A stretch of DNA of 32,000 bases, from positions 300,001-332,000 of the forward strand of contig OW818675.1 of NCBI GenBank assembly GCA_942493095.1, read 5' to 3'. The DNA is from Candidatus Electronema halotolerans (GTDB lineage Bacteria > Desulfobacterota > Desulfobulbia > Desulfobulbales > Desulfobulbaceae). Below, piece by piece: positions 9,558 to 18,185 of the stretch (position 1 is its first letter; each line of letters opens with the position of its first letter). A model generated the notes under the pieces. It was not told the origin of the DNA and did not search any database. It was given only the letters and a program-made list of their open reading frames with translations. The position numbers and the translations under genes were made by a program.

Positions 9558-11462
9558 TCAGGCCTTGAGATCAATCTTGACGATCTTGTCGCCCGGCTGG
9601 AGGCTCTGGCCAACCTTGACGCTGACGGTTGCGACCACGCCCGCCGCTTCAGCAGTGATCGGGGTCTGCATCTTCATGGCCTCAATCACGACAAGCTGAT
9701 CTCCGGCAGCCACCTCCTGCCCCGGCTTGACATTGACCTCGCTGACGCTGGCGGCAAAAGGAGCGCGCATGTCGCCGGATGCAGCCAGTTCGGCAATTTC
9801 TTCCTTGGACAGCTTGGCCGCTGCCGGAGCCGCGCCTACAGGCTGTTCCGGCTCAAACACATAAATCCGCTCGTGGTGATCCACATTGAGATAGGCATTC
9901 GTATGGCCATCCTCAGTCTTCTGCACCGGCCCGACCTCAATCAGATGCTCCTTGCCAAAGTGGTCGCGGAAGGTGAGGGTCTCTCCAAGCGGGAAGCCGC
10001 CCAGCCGCAGGAAGATCGACGGCGGCAGCACATAAGACTTGCCGAACTCGGCCTCAAACTTGTAGAAGTTGACTGCGTCGTTGGGATGCTGGAGATAGAC
10101 CACAAGCTGCTGCTCGGTCGGCTCATAGCCGAGCCGCTCGGCCAAGGTCTGCCGCTCCTGCTCAATGTCCATGTCGGCAATGGCCTCAGCCCCGCCCTGC
10201 TCCTCCACGATCTTCTGCCAATCCTCGCCAAAGACCTTCTCATAAATCCAGTCCGCAGGCTTGGAGAACGGGAACGGCCCGTACTTGCCGAGGAGCAGGT
10301 TCTTCAGGTCGCCGGAGGGCGATTCATAGCGGCCATGCTGGACGTTGGAAACCGCTGTGGTCCACAAAATCTGCGAGCCGGGCGTGACACTCCAGAAGTT
10401 GCCCAGCTCCTCCTGCACTTTGGGCAGCTCCTTGTGGAGGATGTCCGGCATCTTATCCAAAAAACCGCCTTTGACCGCCTGCTCCAAGCTCGAACCCATC
10501 GCCCCGCCCGGCAGCTTGTGAATCTGCACCGTGGGCTGGAAGCCCTTGATCTGCGACTCGAACTGGGCATAGTGCTGCCGCTGGTCGCGCAGGACTTCGG
10601 ACGTGGCGATCACCGCCTCCTCGTCAATGCCGACTGCTGTCTTGCCGTGCGCCTTGAGGGCCTGAATCACGGTCAGAATGGGCGGCGGGCCATAGAAGCC
10701 GGTAAAGGCATGATCAGAAGCATCAACAATCTTGGCTCCGTTGAGCACGGCCTCAGTGATCCGGCCCACGTCGTTGCCGTCGGTGTTGTGGCCATGATAG
10801 TGAATGATCAGATCAGGATAGCTCTGCTTGATCGCGTCAACTAACTCGCCGATGCGGCGCGGGGTGCCAAGGCCGCCGTGGTTCTTGATGCAGAGGGTGA
10901 CATCCTCGCCAGTCACGTCTAACAGCTCGCGCACCTTGGCCACGTAATAGGCATTGGTGTGCTCCGGCCCGGTGGAGAAGCAGATGCACGGCTCGTTCAG
11001 CTTGCCCGCCTTGCCCACCTCCTCGAACACGGCCTGCATGTTCGGCACATGGTTGAGAAAGTCAAAGGTGCGCCAGACATCCACGTACTTGGCAAACTCC
11101 CGCACCGTGAAGCGGATCACGTTCTGCGGATAGGGCCGGTAGCCGAACAGGTTCACGCCCCGGCAGAGGGTCTGGAACATGGTCTTGGGCATGGCCTCGC
11201 GCAGCAGCTCCAGCTTGAGGAAGGGATCCACCTGCTTGCGGAGAATATCAACATGCACCGAGGCCCCGCCGGTGATCTCCAGCGAAAAATAGCCTGCCGC
11301 CTCCCGCGTCGGCGCGGCCAACAGATCAGTGTGGAGCAGGATGCGGTTCTTGTAGTCCGACTGGGACATGTCCCGCGTCGTGTTGGTGATGTAGTAGCCG
11401 TCGGCGGCGCGCAAGGCGGCCAGCATCGAGGCGGTGTCCATGTCTTGGGTGATTCGTGTCAT
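9558..11462 (-). CDS. pycB: Pyruvate carboxylase subunit B / oxaloacetate decarboxylase alpha-type carboxyltransferase with C-terminal biotinyl domain
   Basis: TTRDMSQSD, FGYRPYPQNVIRFTVREF, IHYHGHNTDGND, C-terminal biotinylation motif VIEAMKMQTPI. Confidence 0.88.
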   Translation of the reverse strand: MTRITQDMDTASMLAALRAADGYYITNTTRDMSQSDYKNRILLHTDLLAAPTREAAGYFSLEITGGASVHVDILRKQVDPFLKLELLREAMPKTMFQTLCRGVNLFGYRPYPQNVIRFTVREFAKYVDVWRTFDFLNHVPNMQAVFEEVGKAGKLNEPCICFSTGPEHTNAYYVAKVRELLDVTGEDVTLCIKNHGGLGTPRRIGELVDAIKQSYPDLIIHYHGHNTDGNDVGRITEAVLNGAKIVDASDHAFTGFYGPPPILTVIQALKAHGKTAVGIDEEAVIATSEVLRDQRQHYAQFESQIKGFQPTVQIHKLPGGAMGSSLEQAVKGGFLDKMPDILHKELPKVQEELGNFWSVTPGSQILWTTAVSNVQHGRYESPSGDLKNLLLGKYGPFPFSKPADWIYEKVFGEDWQKIVEEQGGAEAIADMDIEQERQTLAERLGYEPTEQQLVVYLQHPNDAVNFYKFEAEFGKSYVLPPSIFLRLGGFPLGETLTFRDHFGKEHLIEVGPVQKTEDGHTNAYLNVDHHERIYVFEPEQPVGAAPAAAKLSKEEIAELAASGDMRAPFAASVSEVNVKPGQEVAAGDQLVVIEAMKMQTPITAEAAGVVATVSVKVGQSLQPGDKIVKIDLKA

Positions 11463-11514
11463 GACCTGTGTCCGTGATGATGTTGTTTCGTGCGTTGGAT
11501 GGCCGCTGGGGCAG

Positions 11515-11534
11515 GGGCGGTTCGTGAACCGCCC
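11515..11534. repeat. Perfect 9-bp inverted repeat hairpin (GGGCGGTTC-gt-GAACCGCCC), 3' of hepT
   Basis: Directly visible: ggggcggttcgtgaaccgcccttac between hepT and pycB. Confidence 0.75.
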
Positions 11535-11894
11535 TTACGGATTCTCTCTTTTGCTGTCCTGACGACGCATCAGGGCTTCAACTTCCTGCTGAAGGATCGG
11601 CAAATGCCTGACAATGACTCCCCAGATGATCGCGTCATCGATTTTGTCGTAGCCGTGAATCACCCGGTTTCTCATGGAGATGATCTGCATCTTATGCGAG
11701 ATGACAAGATCAGGCGCAATTTTGTCTATCCTGTTCATCGCTTCGCCGATGATTTCAAACTCCCGCTCCACAGCCCGGCGCAGCATTTTGTTGCCCGCGT
11801 AGCAGGTGAAATCCCTCTTCTCGCCAAGGTAACTGAAGATGGAAGCGGCGGCCTCACGAATGTCGTAGAGATATTTCCTGACCAGCTCATCCAT
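11535..11894 (-). CDS. hepT: HepT-like (DUF86) HEPN toxin
   Basis: RNRVIHGY matches the HEPN RX4-6H (here RX4HXY) motif; overlaps the upstream nucleotidyltransferase by 8 bp. Confidence 0.88.
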   Translation of the reverse strand: MDELVRKYLYDIREAAASIFSYLGEKRDFTCYAGNKMLRRAVEREFEIIGEAMNRIDKIAPDLVISHKMQIISMRNRVIHGYDKIDDAIIWGVIVRHLPILQQEVEALMRRQDSKRENP

Positions 11895-12189
11895 ACAGCT
11901 TCACTTTGCTTCGGTTGACCGCTTCAATGAAGAAGGGATTGGCAAGGGAATTCTCAGTGAGCAGATCAACCTTGCGCTGAAAGAGCTGCTCCAATTCCTC
12001 GGCAAGGCGGAAAAAGTTGTCGGCATAGTCGCCAAAGTCCATCGGCTGAAAGGCGATCAGCAGATCAATATCACTGGCTGGGCTGAACTGTTCTGTGCAG
12101 ACCGAGCCGAACGCGGACAGCGATCTGACCTTTCTGCTGGCGCACAAGGCTTTGATCTTCTCCATGTTGTCGCTGATGATCCGGTTCAT
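11887..12189 (-). CDS. mntA: MntA-like minimal nucleotidyltransferase antitoxin
   Basis: GSVCTEQFSPASDIDLL matches GSX10DXD; paired with a HepT-like gene. Confidence 0.87.
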   Translation of the reverse strand: MNRIISDNMEKIKALCASRKVRSLSAFGSVCTEQFSPASDIDLLIAFQPMDFGDYADNFFRLAEELEQLFQRKVDLLTENSLANPFFIEAVNRSKVKLYG

Positions 12190-12202
12190 AATTTCTTCCG
12201 CA

Positions 12203-12523
12203 TCACGTCGCCCTGCCTTCAGCAGAAAGGGCGCGGGCTGACGCGGTCAGCGGAAAAATGCCTGAAAGATTCACCCGGCTGCGGGCCTGCCAGAGGTCAT
12301 AGCTGTCCTGCATCAGCAGCCAGCTTTCCGGGCTGCGGCCAAGACATTTGGACAGCCGCAGGGCCATTTCCGGGCTGACCGCGCTCTTGCCTTTGATCAG
12401 CCGGGCAAAGGTTGACGGCGCGATGCCGAGACGGAGCGCAAGGCTCCTTGGAGAAAGCTCCAGCGGCTCAAGATACACTTCGCGGATGAATTCGCCCGGA
12501 TGGGGCGGATTGTGCATGGCCAT
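12203..12523 (-). CDS. higA: HigA-family XRE antitoxin
   Basis: NPPHPGEFIREVYLEPLELSPRSLALRLGIAPSTFARLIKGKSAVSPEMALRLSKCLG; TGATG overlap with higB. Confidence 0.9.
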   Translation of the reverse strand: MAMHNPPHPGEFIREVYLEPLELSPRSLALRLGIAPSTFARLIKGKSAVSPEMALRLSKCLGRSPESWLLMQDSYDLWQARSRVNLSGIFPLTASARALSAEGRAT

Positions 12524-12801
12524 CAGTGATAATCCTCATAATCAACGAGATAGGCGTTGCCGTCCTCAAATTTGAAGACAAGCCGCCAGTTTTTATTCAC
12601 ATTGACCGCCCATAATCCCTGCCGGTCTCCTTTCAGGCTGTGCAGCCGCCAGCCCGGAGTGTCCATGTCCTCGATGCAGAATGCCGTGTCAAGAGCGATC
12701 AGCCGGAGCCGCAGCTTCTGCTTGTGTTCCGGCTGAATCCCTGTCACCTTGCCGGTTTCAAAAAATTTTTGCAGCCCCTTATGCCTGAACGACTTGATCA
12801 T
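12523..12801 (-). CDS. higB: HigB/RelE-type toxin
   Basis: MIKSFRHKGLQKFFETGKVTGIQ...WRLHSLKGDRQGLWAVNVNKNWRLVFKFEDGNAYLVDYEDYH. Confidence 0.92.
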   Translation of the reverse strand: MIKSFRHKGLQKFFETGKVTGIQPEHKQKLRLRLIALDTAFCIEDMDTPGWRLHSLKGDRQGLWAVNVNKNWRLVFKFEDGNAYLVDYEDYH

Positions 12802-12846
12802 GAGCAGATTATATCCGATTACGGACGTGATGCGCTGCTAAGGGAA

Positions 12847-13140
12847 GCTGATCTGGAACAGATCAGCTTCAATCTGTCCCGGATCAGCCTTGATCCGCTG
12901 CTCGCAAAACTTGAGGCAAAGCAGATGTGAACTGAACTGCCTCGGATTGAACTTGATCTGTTGCAGATGAAGCTCTGTTTGGCTTGCCTCAAGCTCAATC
13001 CAGCTCAGATCAGGCGCTGTTTATCGCAGATGAAACCTGATTTACAGCACCTCAAACCTTATCTGTCTCAGATTACGCTCAATGCGTGCCAATGCAAGCC
13101 TGATCCAGCGCAGCTCAAGTCTGTTCCGCAGCCGCTTCAG
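12847..13140. repeat. Degenerate 21-bp tandem repeat array, 14 contiguous units, unit resembles palindrome CTTGATCTG-NNN-CAGATCAAG
   Basis: In-frame parsing gives ADLEQIS/FNLSRIS/LDPLLAK/LEAKQM*/TELPRIE/LDLLQMK/LCLACLK/LNPAQIR/RCLSQMK/PDLQHLK/PYLSQIT/LNACQCK/PDPAQLK/SVPQPLQ. The first unit gctgatctg-gaa-cagatcagc is a perfect 9-bp stem. Confidence 0.75.
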
Positions 13141-14576
13141 GCCGCGTAGGCGTTGCCGCCCTTGCAGTGAATCTCGGCGATCAGCTTGGCCAGCTTGTTG
13201 ACCTCACTGGTCTCCTCCTCATAGTCAAGCAGCTGCGGGTGGGTTTCAAGAAAGGAGGTGTCAAACTGTCCAGCCTGAAAATCCGGGTCGTTGATCAGGT
13301 TCAGATAAAAGGGAATGGTGGTCTTGGGGCCGCTGATGACAAAATTGTTGAGGCTGCGGCGCAGGCGGTCAACCGTCTCATTCCATGACCAGCCGAACAC
13401 GGTCATCTTGACCAAGAGCGAGTCATAGACTTGAGGGATGACAAAACCCTGATAGCAGAAGCCGTCCAGCCGCACTCCGTAGCCGCCCGGCGAGCGATAG
13501 ACATGCACGGTCTTGCCGCCCTCTGGCATGAAGTTGTTTTTCGGGTCTTCGGCATTGATGCGCATCTCCACAGCATGGCCGCGCAGGAGCACCTCCTCCT
13601 GACTGATGGCCAAGTCCTTGCCCAAGGCCAGCTTGATCTGGGTGCGGACAATGTCAATGCCGGTGATCATCTCCGAAACCGTGTGCTCCACTTGCAGGCG
13701 GGTGTTGATCTCCATGAAGTAGAACTGGCCCTTGTCAAAGAGAAACTCAACTGTGCCCGCGTTGAAGTATTTGGCCGCCTTGGCCGCCCGGACAGCGGTC
13801 ATGCTCACCGCTTCCTGCTGCTCCGGCGTGAGCTGGAAGGCCGGGGCAATTTCCACCAGTTTCTGATTGCGGCGCTGAATGGAGCAGTCGCGGGTGCCGA
13901 GGTGGATGGTGTTGCCCTGCTTGTCAGCAATAATCTGCACCTCAACGTGCTTGGGATTGACCACCGCCTTTTCCAGATAAACAGAGTCGTCGCCAAACGC
14001 GGCCTTGGCCTCGGTGCGGGCAATGCTGTACTGCTCCTTGAGCTGGCTTTCCTGCTCAATCTTGCGGATGCCGCGCCCGCCGCCGCCTGCCGTGGCCTTG
14101 AGCATGACAGGATAGCCGTGCTCCCTGCCGAATGCCACCGCCTCCTGCAAGCCCTCGTTGCCAGCTTGCAGATTTTGCGTGCCAGGCACCATAGGAATGC
14201 CTGCCTCAGCCATGATCTTGCGGGCCATGACCTTGTTGCCCAAGTTGTCGATCACGTCCGAGGGCGGGCCGATGAAGATGATGCCCGCCTTTTCGCAGGC
14301 GCGGGCAAAGTCGGCGTTCTCGGCCAGGAAGCCGTAGCCCGGATGAATGGCCTTGGCCCCGCTTTTCTGGGCTGCGGCAATCACTTTGTCAATATTCAGA
14401 TAGTCGCAGCGCGGGCCGTGCCCTATCCAGACCGCCTCGTCCGCAGTGCGGATGTGCATGGAGTCCCGGTCAGGCGTTTCATAAATGGCGACAGCCTCGC
14501 AGTTCAGCTCCTGAATGGCCCGGATGATGCGGATGGCGATCTCACCCCGGTTGGCAACAAGTATTTTGGTCTTCAA
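13137..14576 (-). CDS. pycA: Pyruvate carboxylase subunit A / biotin carboxylase
   Basis: KILVANRGEIAIRIIRA, ATAGGGGRGIRKI, FMEINTRLQVEHTVSEMITGIDIV. Confidence 0.92.
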   Translation of the reverse strand: MKTKILVANRGEIAIRIIRAIQELNCEAVAIYETPDRDSMHIRTADEAVWIGHGPRCDYLNIDKVIAAAQKSGAKAIHPGYGFLAENADFARACEKAGIIFIGPPSDVIDNLGNKVMARKIMAEAGIPMVPGTQNLQAGNEGLQEAVAFGREHGYPVMLKATAGGGGRGIRKIEQESQLKEQYSIARTEAKAAFGDDSVYLEKAVVNPKHVEVQIIADKQGNTIHLGTRDCSIQRRNQKLVEIAPAFQLTPEQQEAVSMTAVRAAKAAKYFNAGTVEFLFDKGQFYFMEINTRLQVEHTVSEMITGIDIVRTQIKLALGKDLAISQEEVLLRGHAVEMRINAEDPKNNFMPEGGKTVHVYRSPGGYGVRLDGFCYQGFVIPQVYDSLLVKMTVFGWSWNETVDRLRRSLNNFVISGPKTTIPFYLNLINDPDFQAGQFDTSFLETHPQLLDYEEETSEVNKLAKLIAEIHCKGGNAYAA

Positions 14577-14906
14577 TGGTTCAGCCTTCCTGTCAGTTGG
14601 TGATTATTCTTGCAGCCGGTCAGATACGGCGGCCCGGGTTCCGGCTTCCTTGGCGTGCGAAGTCAGACAATAACCTGACAAGATAACAGAACTCTCAGCT
14701 CTTAGCAAGTGAAAGCTCAGGACAGCGGGGTCTCTTCAGCTTCCTTGAGGCCCATCTGAAGATGTCTGGCAGGGCCGCCGCCATTGCCGTTGTCTGCGGC
14801 AGCTTTGAAAAACACTGGCGCTTGGCGCCGCAACCGGATAAATTGCGGAATCCACAACCGGAACATACCAAAAACCGCGTGATTGCCATGAAAATGCAGG
14901 ATAAGG

Positions 14907-14940
14907 CCGCCCTGCTTGAAGTCAACAACATGACCCACTA
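14907..14940 (+). repeat. 34-bp direct repeat, copy 1 (matches the livG 5' end)
   Basis: ccgccctgcttgaagtcaacaacatgacccacta, identical to 16114-16147. Confidence 0.95.
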
Positions 14941-14989
14941 TTGAAGAGGCTGAACAACTGATCACCGATAAGGTGAAGGAGAAAACACT

Positions 14990-16000
14990 ATGAACCCGGA
15001 GCTGCGCCCAGACTTTTCCCTTACGGGAGAAGATGACATCATCAAGGAAATGATCAAACTGACCATCGGCATGATGGAGGAATCCAAGAACGGCTGCCCG
15101 CTGCGTGTCCAGCACGCCAAGGCCGCCGCCTGTGTTACCGCGACCTTTGAGATCGCTTCGGACATCCCGGCTGATCTCCGGCACGGGGTATTCAGCCAAC
15201 TGGGCAGGGTATTTGAGGCCATTGTCCGCTTCTCCACCGCCCAGGGCAAGATTCAGCCTGACAGCGAGCCGACAGCACGGGGCCTGGCCGTCAAGCTGCT
15301 TGATGTTGACGGACCTCGGGCAATGGACGGCGATGCAGACAGCAGTCAGGATATCCTGTTAGTGGATCACCCGGTGTTTCCTTTTCCTAACCCAAAAGAG
15401 TATCGGGATCTTATAAAATACAAGAGCGTGCCGCTGATAGGCGACCTTCTCGCCCTTGCCCACCTCCAGTTCTTTGAACCTGAGCAGCTTGAGATTGTTA
15501 AGGAAATCAGGAGAAAAACTGTGGCCAGCCCGCTCAACATCACCTACTGGAGCGGTGCGCCGTACTGGCTCGGCGATGCTGCCGGCACGGCAGGGCAGGC
15601 TGTGAAGTATTCCGCCGTGCCGCCTGTGATTGCTGCAGGGCCTGCTGATCTGGACAAGCTGCCTGCGGACTACCTCAGAGATGCGGTTGCCCGGCAGCTG
15701 GCTGAAGGGGAGGCGGTGTTTGACTTCAGGGTGCAGCGGCAGGGTGATTCGGTTGCAATGCCGATTGAGGATGCCTCAGTGTATTGGGATGAGCATCAGT
15801 CAGTGCCTGTGACAGTGGCTACTCTGCGGATCGGCAAGCAGGAGGTCAACAGCAGCAGCGAACTGGAGCAGCGGTGCGAAGGCATGTCGTTCAACCCCTG
15901 GCATGCGCTCATGGAGCATCGTCCGCTGGGCGGAATCAACCGGCTGCGCAAAGCGGTGTATGAGGCCAGTTTCACCGAGCGTGAACGGCGGAAGAAATAA
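14990..16000 (+). CDS. Catalase-family (catalase-like) protein
   Basis: CPLRVQHAKAAACVTATFEI, VFEAIVRFSTAQGKIQPDSEPTARGLAVKL, FNPWHALMEHRPLGGINRLRKAVYEASF. Confidence 0.8.
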   Translation: MNPELRPDFSLTGEDDIIKEMIKLTIGMMEESKNGCPLRVQHAKAAACVTATFEIASDIPADLRHGVFSQLGRVFEAIVRFSTAQGKIQPDSEPTARGLAVKLLDVDGPRAMDGDADSSQDILLVDHPVFPFPNPKEYRDLIKYKSVPLIGDLLALAHLQFFEPEQLEIVKEIRRKTVASPLNITYWSGAPYWLGDAAGTAGQAVKYSAVPPVIAAGPADLDKLPADYLRDAVARQLAEGEAVFDFRVQRQGDSVAMPIEDASVYWDEHQSVPVTVATLRIGKQEVNSSSELEQRCEGMSFNPWHALMEHRPLGGINRLRKAVYEASFTERERRKK

Positions 16001-16109
16001 CCGGCGAGCAACAAAGCAATTGAAGAGGACAGTACCTGTTTCCTGTTTATCCTGCGTCTGTCCTCAGAAAAACTAAGCAAGCGATGCGCATCCGAAAGAA
16101 CACCGAACT

Positions 16110-16883
16110 ATGACCGCCCTGCTTGAAGTCAACAACATGACCCACTACTTCGGCGGCCTGCGGGCGGTCAGCGGCTTCAGCCTCACGCTGGAGCCGGGCC
16201 AGATTCATGGCCTGATAGGCCCCAACGGCGCAGGCAAGACCACGGTCTTCAACCTGATCACCGGAGTGCATCTGCCCAGCGAAGGCGAGCTGCTGCTCGA
16301 AGGCCAGAGCATCCGTGGCCTGGAGCCGCACCGCATTGCCGCGCTTGGCATTGGCCGCACCTTCCAGAACCTGCTGCTCTGGCGGCACCTGAACGTGCTC
16401 GACCACATCCGCCTTGCCCATTACAGCCAGCTCCGCTGCGGCCTGTTTGGCGCATTCTTTGGCACGCCCGCCTGCCGCCGTCAGGAGCAGGAGATCGAAG
16501 AGAACGCCCGCCGCCTTTTGGAGACTTTTGCCATCAGCCATTTTGCTGATCAGCTCGTCGGCAGCCTGCCCTATGGTGCCCAGCGGCGGGTGGAGATGGC
16601 GCGGGCTATGGCGACCAAGCCGAAAATCCTCTTTCTTGACGAACCCACTGCTGGCATGACCCCGGACGAATTAGTGCAGATGATCGGGATCATCCGCCAA
16701 GTGCATGAGGAATTCGGCGTGGCCATCCTCCTGATCGAGCACCGGATGAAGTTTGTCATGGAGCTGTGCGATGCCGTCCAGGTCTTAGTCTTCGGCGAGG
16801 TCATTGCCCAAGGGCCGCCCTCAGCTATTCAGAACAATCCCAAGGTGATTGAAGCCTATCTCGGCAGGGAGGACATTCACTGA
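16110..16883 (+). CDS. livG: Branched-chain amino acid ABC transporter ATP-binding protein
   Basis: MTHYFGGLRAVSGFSLTLEPGQIHGLIGPNGAGKTTVFNLITGVHLPSEG, GIGRTFQNLLLWRHLNV, LFLDEPTAGMTPDE. Confidence 0.92.
   Translation: MTALLEVNNMTHYFGGLRAVSGFSLTLEPGQIHGLIGPNGAGKTTVFNLITGVHLPSEGELLLEGQSIRGLEPHRIAALGIGRTFQNLLLWRHLNVLDHIRLAHYSQLRCGLFGAFFGTPACRRQEQEIEENARRLLETFAISHFADQLVGSLPYGAQRRVEMARAMATKPKILFLDEPTAGMTPDELVQMIGIIRQVHEEFGVAILLIEHRMKFVMELCDAVQVLVFGEVIAQGPPSAIQNNPKVIEAYLGREDIH
16114..16147 (+). repeat. 34-bp direct repeat, copy 2 (within livG codons 2-13)
   Basis: Identical to 14907-14940. Confidence 0.95.
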
Positions 16884-17596
16884 TGCAGCTCACGGTGGAG
16901 CATCTCTCGGTTTCCTATGGCAACATCCGCGCCCTGCACGACATCAGCTTCACGGTCGCGCAGGGCGAGATTGTCACCATTATCGGCGCGAACGGCGCGG
17001 GCAAGAGCACGGCCCTGCGGGCCATCTCCCGCATGATTCCGGCGGAATCCGGTTCCAAGATTGAATTTATGGGAGAAAGCCTGCTCAACTACAAGGCCGA
17101 CAAGGTGGTGGCCCGGCTCGGCATTTCGCATGTCCCGGAAGGCCGGATGATCTTTGGCAACCTGACTGTGGCTGAAAATTTGGCTTTGGCAGCCTTTGCC
17201 CGCAAGGACAAGGCGGCGGTGGAGCGCGACAAGCGGTGGGTCTTTGATCTTTTTCCCCGCTTGGAGGAACGCCGGGATCAGCTTGCCGGGACCCTGAGCG
17301 GCGGCGAGCAGCAGATGCTGGCTGTGGGCCGGGCCTACATCAGCGGCAGGAAAATCATGCTCTTGGATGAGCCGTCCATGGGACTTGCGCCCCTGCTGAT
17401 GCTGGACATGTTCAAGGCGCTCAAGGAGATCAACCGCAGCGGCACCACCATTCTGCTGGTCGAGCAGAACGCCCGCCTTGCCCTCAAGTTTGCCGGGCGC
17501 GGTTATGTGCTGGAGAATGGCAGGCTGGTGCTGGAAGGCAGGGCTGCGGACTTGCTCAATGATCCGGCAGTGAAGCGGGCTTATCTGGGGGCGTGA
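16883..17596 (+). CDS. livF: Branched-chain amino acid ABC transporter ATP-binding protein
   Basis: VSYGNIRALHDISFTVAQGEIVTIIGANGAGKSTALRAISRM, GISHVPEGRMIFGNLTVAENL, LSGGEQQMLAVGRAY; TGATG overlap with livG. Confidence 0.93.
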   Translation: MQLTVEHLSVSYGNIRALHDISFTVAQGEIVTIIGANGAGKSTALRAISRMIPAESGSKIEFMGESLLNYKADKVVARLGISHVPEGRMIFGNLTVAENLALAAFARKDKAAVERDKRWVFDLFPRLEERRDQLAGTLSGGEQQMLAVGRAYISGRKIMLLDEPSMGLAPLLMLDMFKALKEINRSGTTILLVEQNARLALKFAGRGYVLENGRLVLEGRAADLLNDPAVKRAYLGA

Positions 17597-17763
17597 GAGC
17601 GGGGCTGTTTGCAGGCGCGGATGCCTGTTTGGCCGCAGTTTGCTCATCTGCCGCAGAACAATATTTCCGCAAAACTGATTGACAGGCCGCAGGCGGCAGC
17701 TATGATAGGGCAAGAGCGGCAGGCGGTTCTGCGCTGCTGCGCCCCTTGATCCTCTTTGCTTGG

Positions 17764-18024
17764 ATGAGCAGCATGCCTGAAATCAATTTGCGCCAGATGG
17801 CGATCAATCAAAGCGGCACCATCACCGCTGTCCGAGTCAGCGGCGAGCTGGGCCGCCGCATCCGGGAAATGGGCCTTGTGCCTGGCACGGAAATCACGGT
17901 CAAGCAGCGCGCCCCGCTCAACGACCCCGTGGCCCTGCGGGTCATGGGCGGCACTCTCACCCTGCGCAACAGCGAGGCGGACCACATCATGGTTGAGGTG
18001 GCGGACAAAGCACCTGCGCCCTGA
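17764..18024 (+). CDS. FeoA-domain protein (SH3-like)
   Basis: INQSGTITAVRVSGELGRRIREMGLVPGTEITVKQRAPLNDPVALRVMGGTLTLRNSEADHIMVE. Confidence 0.85.
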   Translation: MSSMPEINLRQMAINQSGTITAVRVSGELGRRIREMGLVPGTEITVKQRAPLNDPVALRVMGGTLTLRNSEADHIMVEVADKAPAP

Positions 18025-18185
18025 AGCGTCCTGCCAACTTTTCGTTGACCGTTTTCCCTCCTTATGTTTTTCTGAAGACAGCCCTTGAGAATCCGGCTGC
18101 GCTTTCATGTCATGCGGCGCAGCTCTGTCTTTTTTTGACTCGGCAGACCTTGCACGTCCCTTTGCATTCATATCTTGGCAGACGG

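Noticed and set aside
9555-10844. 429-aa plus-strand ORF antisense to pycB
   Set aside because: Shadow ORF opposite a strongly supported pyruvate carboxylase subunit gene; no recognisable domain, only composition-driven openness.
12847-13140. Interpretation of the 21-bp array as a CRISPR array
   Set aside because: Units are contiguous and degenerate, with no conserved repeat alternating with unique spacers, and no cas genes are nearby.
13431-14603. 390-aa plus-strand ORF antisense to pycA
   Set aside because: Antisense shadow of a clear biotin carboxylase gene; His/Leu/Arg-rich translation typical of artefactual ORFs.
14695-14931. 78-aa minus-strand ORF in the pycA-catalase intergenic region
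   Set aside because: No motif, no convincing start context; overlaps the livG-start duplication region.
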